Source of the DNA: the human T2T-CHM13v2.0 reference genome, Homo sapiens
Assembly: GCF_009914755.1 (NCBI RefSeq)
Contig: NC_060925.1
Strand: one strand, 5' to 3'
DNA length: 64,000 nt
Part shown: positions 1 through 14,171 of the stretch, in pieces
Position numbering within the stretch: position 1 is the stretch's first letter
Layout: each line of letters begins with the position of its first letter
Notes under the pieces: generated by a model
The model's input: only the letters and a program-made list of their open reading frames with translations
What the model was told of the DNA's origin: nothing
The model's database searches: none
Made by a program: the position numbers and the translations under genes

Positions 1-154
1 GGGAATGGATTCCCCAAGGGCTAAAAATTTAAGTTTTTGTCCTTTCATTCATTTGTTAATAACAATAAAGATTCCAACTGTATGTTAGGTGCTTTTTTCC
101 TAATGATGGAAACATAAAAACATGTCAGATATTCATATATTTTTGCCTTTTTAG

Positions 155-204
155 GAACCTACAATCTTACTGAAAATACACATTATTCAGATAAGTACTA
201 AGAT
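155..204 (+). other. Candidate 50-nt 5' non-coding exon of OR2M5
   Basis: Acceptor TTTTGCCTTTTTAG and donor GTAAGT; same length in all three paralogues. Confidence 0.5.
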
Positions 205-582
205 GTAAGTTAACCAAGCGCAAACAAGACTGGGTATAAGCTAGTGCTGAAATTTCTGCTGAATGTGCTGATGATTGATTTCATTTCTTATGTCATTTTT
301 GGGCCGAGAATTTTTTCAATTTTATTCTATTTTATCTGTACAATATGACTTTGAGAAATGTGGTACAACCTGAGGCAGAAGGAGTGGTTACCTGTCCCAG
401 CTTATCAATGTGAAAGATTGGATAAAATCCATTATTTTTGTTTTTTCATGTCCTGGCATTCTAGATTTGTAAAAGATATTGATAGTGAATGGGAGTCAGA
501 GGAGAAAAGTAGCAGATGAGAGTGGGACATGATTTGAAAGTTTTGGCCACATTCTCTTTTCTTTTAATAATTGTAGCTCATG

Positions 583-922
583 CAGGATGAGAACTCCTAA
601 ACCAAAAATCTAATATCCAAACTACTCCCAAATCGGAATCTTTTTGAGTGCTGACATGAGACTGTGTCACTCTTGCTTTCTGATGGTTCAGTGTACACAA
701 ACTTTCTCCTTTACACAAAATTATTTTAAAATATGGCATAAAATTACCTTCAGGCTATGTGTATAAGGTATACATAGAACATAAGTTAATTTTGTCTCCA
801 CTCTTGGGTTCCATTCCCAGGACATCTCCTTATACATATGCAAATATTTCAAAGTGTGAGAAAAATCTGCAATCTGCAACACATCTGGTCCCAAGCATTT
901 TGGATAAGGAATCCTCAACCTG
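583..922. mobile_element. MER46C-like (TcMar-Tigger) non-autonomous DNA transposon
   Basis: Termini CAGGATGAG...CTCAACCTG, ~340 bp, body recognised. Confidence 0.75.
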
Positions 923-3900
923 TATTAATGAATGCTTACATCTGTCATGTGCTCCTCTAAGACATTTACACCTATCATTTAAATATGTTTTTAAACTTGA
1001 AGTATACAAAAATGTTTATTTACAACAAATATGTTGGATATACATTTTGTAAAATGCTTTAAAATATTACCAGTGCTTTTGAAACACAGCTTATCTCTCT
1101 GTGATCATGTAACCTTTCAGGCCAATTTTGTAGGTAATCATTATTCCAGTATTGCTGTGCTTTATAATAGATTTTTATATGTGTGTTTAAATTACTCATA
1201 ATAGGATTCATGAAGTCATTCCCTGTGATCTACTTTGTTCATTCAACATTCTATTTGTGAGACTCATCAATGCTACTTCCTGTAGTTTTGGTTATAAATT
1301 CCATTTTCAGTGTGCATGCAGGGAGCGGTTTTATATTACAAATAAAGTTGCTATGCTCATTTTTGCTAATATGAGAAATTTGTTGTTTTCTTTTGTTTCC
1401 TGATCATTCCTCTTACAAAAGGGTTAATTATTATTACAAAAGTGTAAAGTCAGTTTAGCAACTACAGTGGATTACACATGCTGTCTGACAATATTTCAGA
1501 ACTGCTTTATTTCTTTTTTTAATAAAATTTTGTCCACTCAATGTCTCCTTTCCATCATCTAACTCAGTAACTTCTCAATTTCTGAACATGATTTTCATGG
1601 TTTCTGTGTTATATTGCTCTGGGAATGTGCACAGTATCACACTGTCATGAATTATGACCAGGATTTTCATAAGTTCTGTGTTATATTGCTCTGGACATGT
1701 GCACAGTATCACAGTGTCATGAAATCTGATGACTCCTCTTCCAGATGTAATAAGGTTAATGTATAAAAAGACACTGGAAAAAACTAAATGTATGCACGAT
1801 CTTTTTACAAAATGATGGAGTTAATTACAACAGATACAATGTGGATTAGATAAAATAAATAAAAATAGAAGCATGATATTACAACTAAGGAAAATAAATA
1901 CTTGGAAGGCTATGTCTAGAGTTCAAAATGTTGTACATCATTATGTGAACACTCTTGAGATGTTGATAGATATTCTGAAAAAAATTGAAATCAATATGTC
2001 ATAGTTTCAGATCCATTCTGAAAAAGCTGCTTTTTATTTTCCTCCTAGTACAGTGCTGCAACTCAAATGTCCTGCTGTGTTTGGCAGTGAATAGTCCTGC
2101 ACAAATTAGAGTTGCAAAAAATATTTCACCACAAACCCATTTTTATAAGAATACAAACACATCTTGGATAGCTTACACTGAGCTTCAGAATTTGGTCTCA
2201 TATTCTTAGTGCCTAAAAGTAAGCACAATCTGTCATATGTATCTTACTAACTTCGAAGAAATCTCTAATTTTCTCACAAGTAACAACTATTTCTCTTTCT
2301 AGAATTTTATTGAATAAATATTCATATGAATCTTAATATAGAAGGTACAAGGCAATGTAGTGCTCAATATTTTCAATTTTATCACTTATAAATTGTTATA
2401 AATTTGTGATATATCTTGCCACAGTCTCTGTGACAGGACAAACTCAATGAAGACAATTTTAACACATGGGTATGAAGGGAATTTTGAGGCAATGAAGGGA
2501 GGTGAAAAAATACAACACAAATAAGAGTGAGTTTATATAAATTCAGCCTAAGCTAATGTAACTGAGAAAAGTCAGAGGGATATGTGGATTTACATTCGTT
2601 ATTCAATTGTTTTAATGCTTCATCATTCAGTGGAGTTTAAAACATATGTGGTAAAAATGTCTAAATGATCGAGTAGAATTATTCAACATTTTATTTCAAT
2701 TTAGTGACTGGGAAGGAATGATTCTCAAATGTAAAGAACACTTTGCCAACTTAAAAAGAAACATAGGAACAAGCTAACTTGACCAGATAGCTTCCTTCTT
2801 GGAGTAATATTGCAGACCTACTTAAAGAAAAATTATGATGGAAATTTGAGTCAATACAGTTTTGTTTGCATAAATTAGTGTATTACAACAGTTGACAAGA
2901 TCAAGGCAACTGGGAATACTATGGTATGATGCTCACAATAGGTGGTTCCATAAAGTAAGTTGAGATGAGTTATTTTCCTGAAGTGAATTCAGCCAATACG
3001 TACTGGGAATTATTGAGGCAATATAAAGTCTTTTCTCCTGATTGACCTTAAAAGCGCACCTCCTCCTGAGGACAAAACAAGGGAACTCTGTGGTAGGAAA
3101 CCCTCAACACTAAAGATCCCAGAGATGCCCATTTCTCATTCTGAAGACATTGACTGGACCTGGATCTGAGCTACCACTAATCAGCTTTATCCAACTTCTT
3201 GATAACTATTTGTTTTAAAACCCGAATGGAGGAAAGTTGCATCCTGTTTCTCTCTTCATACTGATTGAGAAAAATGATTTGTTTTTCTTTTAAAAATTGC
3301 TATTCTATTTCATGAGAGTCCCATAAGGAGGTTCCCTCTCTATCTTCCCAGCACTGAAGAGATATTTTTTGGTAGGTTTGTATTCTCAGGTCACAGTTGT
3401 TGTTGAATTAAAATTTAAACTACTTTTGAGTATTTTTTTTCTTTCTTACCCACAATATTATTCACAATTTATTTAAATAAATAAAACTCAAAAAAGTATA
3501 CTTTACTACCTCATATTTAAAAAATTGTATTTCAACCCATCAGGCCGAATTCAAGATTCCATCTCCTCTGCAGATTTCTTCTAACTCCTTTGTTGCTCCT
3601 AGATTATTCAGCTTCCATTATTGCTGATTTTAGTCCCTTCAGTAAAATGTGATGCATGAATAAGCATAAAAAGTGCATTTCTGTCAAATGAGTCTACTCA
3701 ACAGGCTTGTCTTTCTGTTTATGACATCATTTTTTATTGTCTGGAATAATTTTCCTTCACAAATTGGCTTTGCTGATACATGTAGAATTATCTCATAGAA
3801 TAAAATCTAAATGCCACAACATGCAAGAAATATAACTCTAAATTAGAAAACCCTATGTTTTCCCAAAATCTTCTAATTATTGCATATCATTTTGTGGAAT

Positions 3901-4281
3901 GCATATATGGATAAACCTTTCCTGTGATCTGGTCTCTTTCTCACTTCCTCAGAGTCTTTGCGAAATGCCACTAGACATGTGAGGTTTCCCTTGACTACGC
4001 TGCTCAAAGTTGAACGTGCTCTTGCAATTCGAACACCTTTCTTTGACTTGCTTTTCTCTGAAGCGTTTATCCTCTTGTGACATAAAGTGGGTTATATGTC
4101 ATCATCTGGCCTCACTCCCTGTGACCTGTGTGGGCACGGGCCTTCTTTGTTCTGATTATTGTGGTAGCCCCAGTGCTCAACACATAGCCAGGCTTCATAA
4201 GCATGTTTCGAAAGCATGCATCTCATGCTTTTCTGAAATTCCGTTTTTCTTTGTACTTATTCTTCAGAGGAGATATTGGGT

Positions 4282-4720
4282 GTATTAGTTCCCTAGGAAT
4301 GAGAATACAGAGTATCACAAACTGGTTACCTAAAACAACAGAAATTTGTTCTCTCACAGTTCTGCAGGCTAGAAATCTGAAATCAAGTTGTCAGCAGGGT
4401 TGGTTATTTCTGAAGGCTCTAAGAGGAGGAATCTTTCCCATTACTTTCTCCCAGGTTCTTGTGATAACTAACAGTTTTTGGCATTTCTTGGTTTGCAGAT
4501 GCACCACTCCAATCCCTGCCTCCCCCATCACATGGTATCCTCAGTGCCTCAGTCTTCACATGGCCGCCCTCTGATCAGAACATGAGTCATATTGGATTAG
4601 AGAGGCGCGCTCTGCTCCAATATGACCTCACCTTAACTAATTACAGTCTTTATGTTTTTCCAAACAAGCTCACATCCTGAATATCCTTTTGACAAAAAAA
4701 ATATAATTCAATCCATAACA
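4282..4720 (-). mobile_element. MLT1 (MaLR) solo LTR
   Basis: TGTATTAGTT...AAACAACAGAAATTT...CTCACAGTTCTG signature. Confidence 0.75.
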
Positions 4721-5342
4721 CAGGGCTATAGAAAAAAGGGCCTAGGTTTTAGATTTGAATAATTGAAAATCCTTTCGGTGTATCCACTTAGTGTATAGAA
4801 AACTCACTATGAGGAGTAGATCAAATACTCTAAACTGTAAAGTAATAGGCAACCAAACAGTTTCTGTTAACACTGGTAGAAAAGTGCCTACTATAATGTG
4901 AACAAAGACACAAATTTACTTTCAATTTCTACTATTGTGTTGGTCACATGCTGACTAAAGCTGAATTGCTGTATCAACGTATCTGTAAAAGACTTCTGAT
5001 TTCTAAGGAAGTATCTGTTTGCTTTGGAGACATATTCTTTTTGGAAAAACTCCATCAATAATGTATTGAATATTGTTATTCTAATATTTCAGTTGAGAAA
5101 AAGGACACTCGGAAGAGAAACTTAGGACAGGCTCCATAATTTTATCAGTGAGGCAGTGCTGAAAGAACACATTTTGTTCTGATTCTATACTTTTTGAACT
5201 TTTAGTTTCTTACTTCTGGTCATACTGTATTGATCACTGACCTGCAAAATTTACCAAAATCACATGCTTTATAAGGTACTGGGTAAAGTTTTACCAAATC
5301 AATGAACTGGTTTTGTGTTACTAGGTAAAAAACATATTCATC

Positions 5343-6281
5343 ATGGCATGGGAGAATCAGACCTTCAACTCTGACTTCATCCTCCTGGGAATCTTCAATC
5401 ACAGCCCCACCCACACCTTCCTCTTCTTTCTGGTCCTGGCCATCTTTTCAGTGGCCTTCATGGGAAACTCTGTCATGGTTCTCCTCATCTACCTGGACAC
5501 CCAGCTCCACACCCCCATGTACTTCCTCCTCAGTCAACTGTTCCTCATGGACCTCATGCTCATCTGCTCTACCGTACCCAAGATGGCCTTCAACTACTTG
5601 TCTGGCAGCAAGTCCATTTCTATGGCTGGTTGTGCCACACAAATTTTCTTCTATGTATCACTGCTTGGCTCCGAATGCTTTCTGTTGGCTGTTATGTCTT
5701 ATGACCGCTATATTGCCATTTGCCACCCTCTAAGATACACCAATCTCATGAGACCCAAAATTTGTGGACTTATGACTGCCTTCTCCTGGATCCTGGGCTC
5801 TATGGATGCAATCATTGATGCTGTAGCGACATTTTCCTTCTCCTACTGTGGGTCTCGGGAAATAGCCCACTTCTTCTGTGACTTCCCTTCCCTACTAATC
5901 CTCTCATGCAATGACACATCAATATTTGAAAAGGTTCTTTTCATCTGCTGTATAGTAATGATTGTTTTTCCTGTTGCAATCATCATCGCTTCCTATGCTC
6001 GAGTTATTCTGGCTGTCATTCACATGGGATCTGGAGAGGGTCGTCGCAAAGCTTTTACTACCTGTTCCTCTCACCTCATGGTGGTGGGAATGTACTATGG
6101 AGCAGGTTTGTTCATGTACATACGGCCCACATCTGATCGCTCCCCTATGCAGGACAAGCTGGTGTCTGTATTCTACACCATCCTCACTCCCATGCTGAAT
6201 CCCCTCATCTACAGCCTCCGCAACAAGGAGGTGACCAGAGCACTCAGGAAAGTGTTAGGAAAGGGCAAGTGTGGAGAGTGA
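5343..6281 (+). CDS. OR2M5: Olfactory receptor family 2 subfamily M, 312 aa, intact
   Basis: Intronless ORF with OR motifs LHTPMYFLL, MSYDRYIAICHPLRY, KAFTTCSSHL, PMLNPLIYSLRN and N-glycosylation site NQT. Sequence, length and gene order are as recalled for OR2M5. Confidence 0.92.
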   Translation: MAWENQTFNSDFILLGIFNHSPTHTFLFFLVLAIFSVAFMGNSVMVLLIYLDTQLHTPMYFLLSQLFLMDLMLICSTVPKMAFNYLSGSKSISMAGCATQIFFYVSLLGSECFLLAVMSYDRYIAICHPLRYTNLMRPKICGLMTAFSWILGSMDAIIDAVATFSFSYCGSREIAHFFCDFPSLLILSCNDTSIFEKVLFICCIVMIVFPVAIIIASYARVILAVIHMGSGEGRRKAFTTCSSHLMVVGMYYGAGLFMYIRPTSDRSPMQDKLVSVFYTILTPMLNPLIYSLRNKEVTRALRKVLGKGKCGE

Positions 6282-9200
6282 GTACTTTGTAAACTTTATG
6301 CTTTGCTGTCTGCTAAATTCTTTTAACTGTCCCTTTTTTTCCATTAAGTCCTCAAAATAGCTTTCATTTTGTACATAAACGGGCACCTATATAATCTATT
6401 TCAGATAAACTATTTTAAATATTTCTTGTTTTATATTCAATTCAGTTGTTACTACAATATAAGGCATTTTCAATAATGACATTAAAGTTTTTTAAATTTT
6501 TTTATTTAAATAGGTTTTTGGGGAACAGATGGTGTTTGGTAACATGAATAAGTTCTTTGGTGATTTCTGAGATTTTTGTTCACCCATCACCCAAGCAGTG
6601 TTCGCTGTACTCAATGTGTATTCTTTAATCCCTCTTCACCCCCACCTTTTCTCCAGGTCCCCAAAGTCCAATGTATCATTCTTATGCCTTGGTGTCTCAT
6701 AGCCTGGCTCCCAGATATGAGTGAGAATATTCAATGTCTGGTTTTCCATTTCTTCATTTCTTCACTTAGAATAATAGTCTCCTATTCTATCTTGGTTTCT
6801 GCAAAATGCTAATATTTTTTCCATTTTTTGGCTGATAGTATTCCATGGTGTATATATATATATATGCCGCCTTTTCTTTATTCACTTGTTGATTGATGAG
6901 CTTTTGGGTTGGTTCCATATTTTTGCAATTGCAAATTTTGGTGCTATAATCATGTGTGTGCAAATACTTTTTTTGTATAATGACTTCTTTTCCTTTGGGT
7001 ATACACCTAGTAGTGGTGTTTCTGGATCAAATGGTAAATCTACCTTTAGTTGTTTATGGAATCTTCACAGTGTTTTCCATCTTCACAGTGTTTTCCATAG
7101 TGGTTGTACTAGTTTACATTCCCACCAAGAGTGTAAAAGTGTTCCCTTTTCAGCACATCCTGCCAACATTTTTTTTTGTTTGATTTTGGCCATTCTTGCA
7201 GGACTGAGGTGGTATCACATTGTGGTTTTCATTTGCATTTCCCTGATAATTAGTTATGTCCAGCATTTTTCCATATGCTTGTTGGCCATTTGTATATCTT
7301 CTTTTGAGAATGGTCTATTCATGTCCCTTAGCCCACTATTTGATGGAATTTTTTTTCTTGCTGATTTGTTGGAGTTCTTTGTAGATTCTGGAAATTATTC
7401 CTTCATCAAATGAATAGACTGTGAAGATTTTCTCCCACTCTGTGTGTTGTCTGTAACTCTCCTGATTATATCTTTTGCTGTGCTGAAGCTTTTTAGTTTA
7501 ATTAAGTCACATCTAATTATTTTTGTTTTTGTCACATTTGCTTTTGGGTTCTTGGTCATGAAGTCTTTTCCTAAGCCAATGTCTACGAGGGTGTTTCCGA
7601 TGTAATCTTCTATAATATTTATGGCATCAGGCCTTAGGTGTAAGTCCTTAATCCATCTTGAGTTGATTTTTGTATATGGTGAGAGATGAGGATCCACTTT
7701 CATTCTCCTACATGTGGCTTTTCAATTATTCCAGCACCATTTGTTGAATACCTTGTCCTTTCCCCACTTTATGTTTTGGTTTGCCTTGTTGAAGAACAGT
7801 TGGCTGTATTTGACTTTATTTCTGGGTTCTCTATTGAGTTTCATTGATCTATGTGCTTATTTTTATACCAGCACCATGTTGTTTTGATGACTATGGCTTT
7901 ATAGTATAGTCTGAAGTCAGTTATTATGATGTCTCCAGATTTGTTCTTTTGCTTAGTGTTGCTTTGGCTATGCAGGCTCTTTTTTGGCTCTATATTCATT
8001 TCAGGATTGTTTCTTCTAGTTCTGTGAAGATTGATGGTGGCATTTTGATGGGAATTTCATGGAATTTATAGATTGCTTTTGGAAGTATTGTCATTTTCAC
8101 ACTACTGATTCCACCATCCCTGGGCATGAGATGTGTTTCCATTTGTGTGTATTGTCAATAATTTCTTTCAGCCATGTTTTGTAATGTTCACTGTAGAGGT
8201 CTTTCACGTCCCTGGTTAGGTATATTCCTAAGGTTTTTTGTTCTTGTTGTTATTGTTGTTTTTGCAGCTATTGTAAAAGGGATTGAGTTCCTGATTTGAT
8301 TCTCAGCTTGTTCGCTGTTGGTGTACAGCAGAACTACTGATTTGTGTACATTAATTTGGTATCCTGAAACTTTGCTGAATTTATTTACCAGTTCTAGGAG
8401 CTTTTTGGATGCGTCTTTAGGGTTTTCTAGGTATACAATTATATCATCAGCAAACAGCAACAGTTCTACTTTCTTTTAACCAATTTGAATGCCCTTTATA
8501 TCTTTCTCTTGTCTGATTGCTCTAGGTAGGACTTTCAGTACTATGTTGAATAGAAGTGGTGAAAATGGGCATCCTTTTCTTGTTCTAGTTCTCAGGGGAA
8601 ATGCTTTTAACTTTTTTCCATTTGGTATAATGTTGGCTGTGAATTTGTCGTAGATAGCTTTGATTATCTTAAGTATGTCCCTTCTATGCTAATTTTGCTT
8701 AGGGTGTTAATTGTAAAGGGATGCTGCATTGTGTCAATTTTTTTGTGTGTGTCTATTGAGATAGATGATCATGTGATGTTTGTTTTTAATTCTGTTTACA
8801 TGGTGTATCATATTTATTGACTTACTTATGTTAAGCCATCCCTCCATTCCTGGTATGAAACCTACTTGATCATGGTGGATTATCTTTTTGACATGCTGTT
8901 GGATTCAGTTTGGCCGTATTTTTGAGGATTTTTGCATCTATATTCATCAGGGATATTCATCTGTAGTTTTCTGTTTTTTGTTGTGTGCACCCCTGCTTTT
9001 GGTATTAGGGTGATAGTGACTTTATAGAATAATTTAGAGAGGATTCCCTCTTTATCTTTTGGAATAGTGTCAATAGGATTGGTACTAATTCTTCTTTGAA
9101 TGTCTGATAGAATTCAGCTGTGAATCAGGTCCTGGACTTTTTTTGTGTAGGCAGTTTTTTTTTTTTTTAATTACCATTTCAGTCTCGCTGCTTGTTATTG

Positions 9201-10008
9201 GTCTGTTCAGAGATTCTATATCTTCTTTGTTTTAGATAGAATGGTTATATATTTCCAGGAATTTATCCATCTCCTCTAGGTTTCCCAGTTTATTCACATT
9301 AAGGTGTTTATAGTAGCCTTGAATACTCTTTTGTATTTCTGTGGAATCAGTTGTTATATCTCCCATTTCATTTCTAATTGAGCTTATTTGGATCTTCTCT
9401 CTTTTTCTTGGTTAATTTTACTAATGGTCTATAAATTTTATTTATCTTTTCAAATAACCAGCTGTTTGTTTCATTTCTCTTTTGTATTGTCTTTTGGTTT
9501 CAATTTCATTTAGTTCTGCTCTGATCTTTGTTATTTCTTTTCTTCTGCTGGGTTTGGGTTTGGATTGTTCTTGTATCCCCAGTTCCATGAGATGTGACTT
9601 TAGATTGTCTATTTGTGCTCTGTCAGACTTTTTGATGTAGGCATTTAATGGTATGAACTTTCCTCTTAGCATTGCTTTTGCTGTATTGCAGAGGTTTAGA
9701 TAGGTTGTGTCACTATTATCATTCAAGTTAAATAATTTTTAGTTTCCACCTCTATTTCATTGTTGACTCAATGATCTTTCAGGAGCAGGTTATTTAATTT
9801 CCATATATTTGCATGTTTTTGAGTGTTCTTTTGGGAGTTGATTCCAATTTTATTCCACTGTGTTCTGTGAGAGTACTTGATATAATTTCTATTTTCTTAA
9901 ATTTACTGAGATTGCTTTGTATCCTGTCATATGGTCTTAGAGAACGTTCCATGTGCTGATGAATAGAATGTATATTCTACAGTTGTTGGGTAGAATATTC
10001 TGTATATA

Positions 10009-10300
10009 GGCTGGGCATGGTGGCTCACACCTATAATACCAACATTTTGGGAGGCCAAGTTGGGCAGGTCAGCTGAGGTTAGGCTTTCGAGAACAGCCTG
10101 GACAACATGGAGAAACCTCATCTCCATAAACATAAAAATAGCCAGGTGTGGTGGCAGGCACCTGTAATCCCAGCTACTCAGGAGGCTGAGGCAGAATAAT
10201 CACTTGAAACCCAGAGGTGGAGTTTGTAGTGAGCTGAGATCATGCCATTGCACTCCAGCCTGGTGACAAGAGCAGAACTGCATCTCAAAGAAATAAAAAA
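10009..10300 (+). mobile_element. AluS element inside the L1PB
   Basis: Dimeric Alu with degenerate TSD AGAATATTCTGTATATA/AGAATGCTGTGTAAATA. Absent in the paralogue (~44870). Confidence 0.92.
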
Positions 10301-10423
10301 AGAATGCTGTGTAAATATCTGTTAAGCCCATTTGTTGTGGGGTATGGTTTCAGTACATAGTTGACTTTCTGTTTTGATGACCTGCATAGTGTTCTCAGTG
10401 GAGTATTAAAATCTGCCATTATT

Positions 10424-10578
10424 TTTTATAAGAATTTTTTATTATATTTATTTTATATATATATATTTTTATTATACTTTAAGTTCTAGGGTACATCGAA
10501 CACCGCATGTTCTCACTCATAGATGGGAATTGAACAATGAGAACACTTGGACACAGGAAGGGGAACATCGAACACCGC
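10424..10578. mobile_element. Tiny inverted L1PA insertion nested in the L1PB
   Basis: Minus-strand poly(A) and 3' end joined at 10497 to a plus-strand L1 3'UTR piece. Absent at the paralogous site ~44985. Confidence 0.8.
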
Positions 10579-13500
10579 CACTATTTTTGTGTTGTCATCT
10601 ATCTCATTTCTTAGGTCTAGTAGGAATCGTTTTATAAATTTGGGAGTTCCACTGTTAGGGGCATATATATTTGTGATTGTGATATTTTCCTGTTGGCGTA
10701 GTCCTTTTATCATTATATAATGTCCCCTTTTGTCTTTTTTAACTACTGTTGCTTTAAAGTTTTTTTTTCTGATATAATAATAGCTACTCATGCTCACTTT
10801 TGTTGTCCATTTGCATGGAATATCTTCTTCCACCACTTTAAGTTTATGTAAGTCCTTATGTGTTAGGTGAGTCTCTTGAAGATGCAGAAACATCTTTGGT
10901 TAATTCTTAACCATTCTGCCATTCTGTATCTTTTATGTGGAACACTGAGACCACTAACATCTGTGTCAGTATTGAGATGTGAGGTACTATTCTATACATC
11001 GTGGTATTTGTTGCCTGAATACCTTGGTTTTTTTTTTCATTCTGTTATTGTTATATAGATCCTGTGAGATTTATGTTTTAAGGAGGTTCTATTTTGGTGT
11101 ATTCTAAGAATTTGTTTCAAAATTTAGAGCTCTTTTTAGCAGTTCTTATAATGCTGGCTTGGTAGTGTTGAATTGTCTCAGCATTTGTTTGTCTGGAAAA
11201 GACTGTCTCGTTCTTTCATTTATAAAGGTTAGTTCCATTGAATACAAAATTCTTGGCTGATAACTGTTTTGTGTAAAGAGGCTGAAAATAGGTCCACAAT
11301 TCCTTCTAGCTTGTAAGGTTTTTCATGAGAAATCTGCTGTTAATCTGGTATGGTTTTCTTTATAGATTACCTGCTGCTTTTGTCTCATAGCTCATAAGAT
11401 TCTTTCCTTCATCTTGACTTTAGATAACCTGTTGATTAGGTGCCAGGTGATGAGATCTTTTGCAATGAGTTTCCCAGGTTTTCTTGGAGCTTCTTGTGTT
11501 TGGATGTCTAGATCTCTAGCAAGGCTGGGGATGTTTTCTTCAATTATTCCCTCAAATACGTTTTCCAAACTTTTAGATGTCTCATCTTATCAGGAACATC
11601 AATTATTCTCAGGTTTGGACACGTAACATAGTCGCAAATTTCTTGGAGGCTTTGTTCATTTTTAAAAATTCTTTTTCTTTGTCTTGGATGGATTGAGTTA
11701 ATTCAAAAACCTAGCCTTCAATCTCTGAGGTTCTTTCTTCTGCTTGTTCGATTCTATTGGTCATGCTTTCCAGTGCATTTTGCATTTCTCTCATTGTTTC
11801 CTTGATTTCCAGAAGTTGTGATTGTTTTTTATTTATGTCATCTATTTCATTGGAGAAATTTCTTTTCAGCTCCTGTATTGTGTTTTTGATTTCTTTAAGT
11901 TGGACTTCACCTTTCTCTGGTTCCACCTTGATTAGCTTAATAATCAACCTTCTGAATGCTTTTTCTGGCAATCCAGAGATTTCATCTTGGTTTGGATCCA
12001 TTGTTGGTGAGCTGGTGTGATCTTTTGGGGTATGAATGAACCTTGTTTTGGCATATTACCAGAATTGTTTTTTGTTTCCTTCTCATTGGGTAGACTTGTC
12101 AGAAGGAAGAGCTGAGATTCAAGGGCTGCTATTCAGATTTTTTTGTCCCACTGTGTGTTCCCTTGAGGTGGTGTTCTCCCCCCTCCCCTAGGAATGAGGC
12201 TTCCTGAAAGCCAAACTGTATTGGTTTTTATGCTCTTCTGGGTCTAGCCACACAACAAAGCTACCAGACTCTTGGCGGGTACTGGGGAATGTCGGCAAAG
12301 AGTCCTGTGATGGGATCCCTCTAAAGGTGTTGCAGCAGTGAATACTAGCACCTGCTCAGGTGGAGGCAGCAGGGGATTTAAGTGGACTTTGTAAGGGTCC
12401 TTGGGTCCTTTTTGTGTTGGTTGTGGTTGGCCTCCAGCCAGGAGGTGGCGCTTTCCAGAGTGCATCAGCAGTGGCCCTGTAGGGAGGATGCAAACTTGCC
12501 GTACCTACAACTGGTCAAGTATTCAGGTTTCTAAGGTGGTGGGCAGGGCCATAGAGCTTACAAGAGATTATGACCTTTGTCTTCAGCTACAAAGGTTGGT
12601 AGATAAATACCACCAGGTGGGGGCAAGTATAGGTGTGTCTGAGCTCAGCCTCGCCTTGGTTGGGCCTTGCTGCTCCTGCTGCTGTAAGGGATGGGGGTGT
12701 GGTTTCCAGTCTAATGGAGTTATATTCCCAGGAGGACTATGGCTGTCTCTGCTGCAGCACAGAGGTTACCAGAGAAGTAGCAGAAAGCCAGCCTTCACAG
12801 GCCTCACTCAGCTCCCACACAGCCTGCAGTTCTGAAGGCCAATCTCACTTCCCTGTTGCCCCCACAACAGCAACAAGTCTATTTGCAGGCAGCTGGTGAC
12901 CAGGGCTGACAACTTGCCCCAGACCATGGGCCTGTCTTTTGAGAAAGCAAACAGGCTCACAAGTTCTGAGCGTCTCAGGGAGCCTGCATCAGTGATCCAG
13001 TTCCTTCAAAGGGTCTCTGGATTCTCTCAGCTTTCCTGGTATGTTCCTGTAGTAGTTCTTGGTGCAAACATTCACAATGTGAGTTTCCACACGCTACTCT
13101 GTCCATCTGAGTGGGAGCTGAAAGCTAGTCCTCCCTCCTATCCATCATCTAAATCAAGATGTTAAAGTTCCATGTTTTTTCAGTATTATAAACTGCATTG
13201 TATGCAGCCAGGTAGCAAAGAAATCTTCTTTTCCAAAGGTATAAACTCAAAATTTTATTGAACGTCTTGAAATTCACTTTGAAATAAAAGTTAATACAAC
13301 GATTTTTACATATTTAGTCAGTGTTTCTTCTTGATTTTTTTATTTTTGGTGGCTCTTGGAAGATACTGCCGTAACTTCAACCCAGACGACATCTTAATTT
13401 TTCACCTCTAATTGCTTCCATCCCAAAAATTTAACTTTTATTATGGGATACCAGATCCAACTCTCTTTCAGGTTGTTAAAATTAATCAAATCTTCATGCA

Positions 13501-14171
13501 CTGATCCAACAAAGAAATAGTTTTGTTATTTAGATTCCCAGTGAATAGATAATTTACAAGTGCCCCTAAATTACACACTGATACTTAAATATTTTAGTAA
13601 TGATTATTGGACTTACATTGAAATTCACAATATAAGTAAACTTTTCTGGATTTTCAAATGTAAATATCTTTTTACATAATAGTAAGAATAAAATTTTTGT
13701 AACTCTGTTGCTGTCACATTCCCAATAATGAAAAATCATTTAATCTTAGTTGGACTGACTTTATTTGTCTTATTGATTCATAGGTGAAGCAAATTTTTCT
13801 ATAATTGGTAAATGCTTCAGTGGTTCTGCTTATTGAAAAGGATTAGAGTGTTTGGAATATATTTCCAGTCCTTGAAGTTGTTTTAAAGAAAATCATATCA
13901 GGCATATGGATTAAATGGCCAAAGACATACATCCACAGTGGCTCAAAGTAATAGACTAAGAAAATAACATTTAGACTTTATTCTGTGAATATAATAGATG
14001 TTCCTTACCTTGAAATAAGTAGTGAACCTGTACATAAAACAAAAAGTATGGTAATAGCTAACAAATATTTTTAATATTAATCCATAATACTATACGTTAA
14101 TGACTATGCATCACAACAATGTATATATTGGGTTGAAGGAAATAAAGAGAGAATATTCATTAATCCTTATC

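Larger units (their letters stand above)
6490..13150 (-). mobile_element. Old full-length LINE-1 (L1PB-type), degenerate
   Basis: Fragmented ORF2/ORF1 peptides on the minus strand ([23 protein letters not shown]), L1PB-type 3' end, and 5'UTR to ~13150. Confidence 0.85.

Noticed and set aside
5220-5642. Antisense ORFs conserved across the three OR paralogues
   Set aside because: Explained by high nucleotide identity of the OR coding exons.
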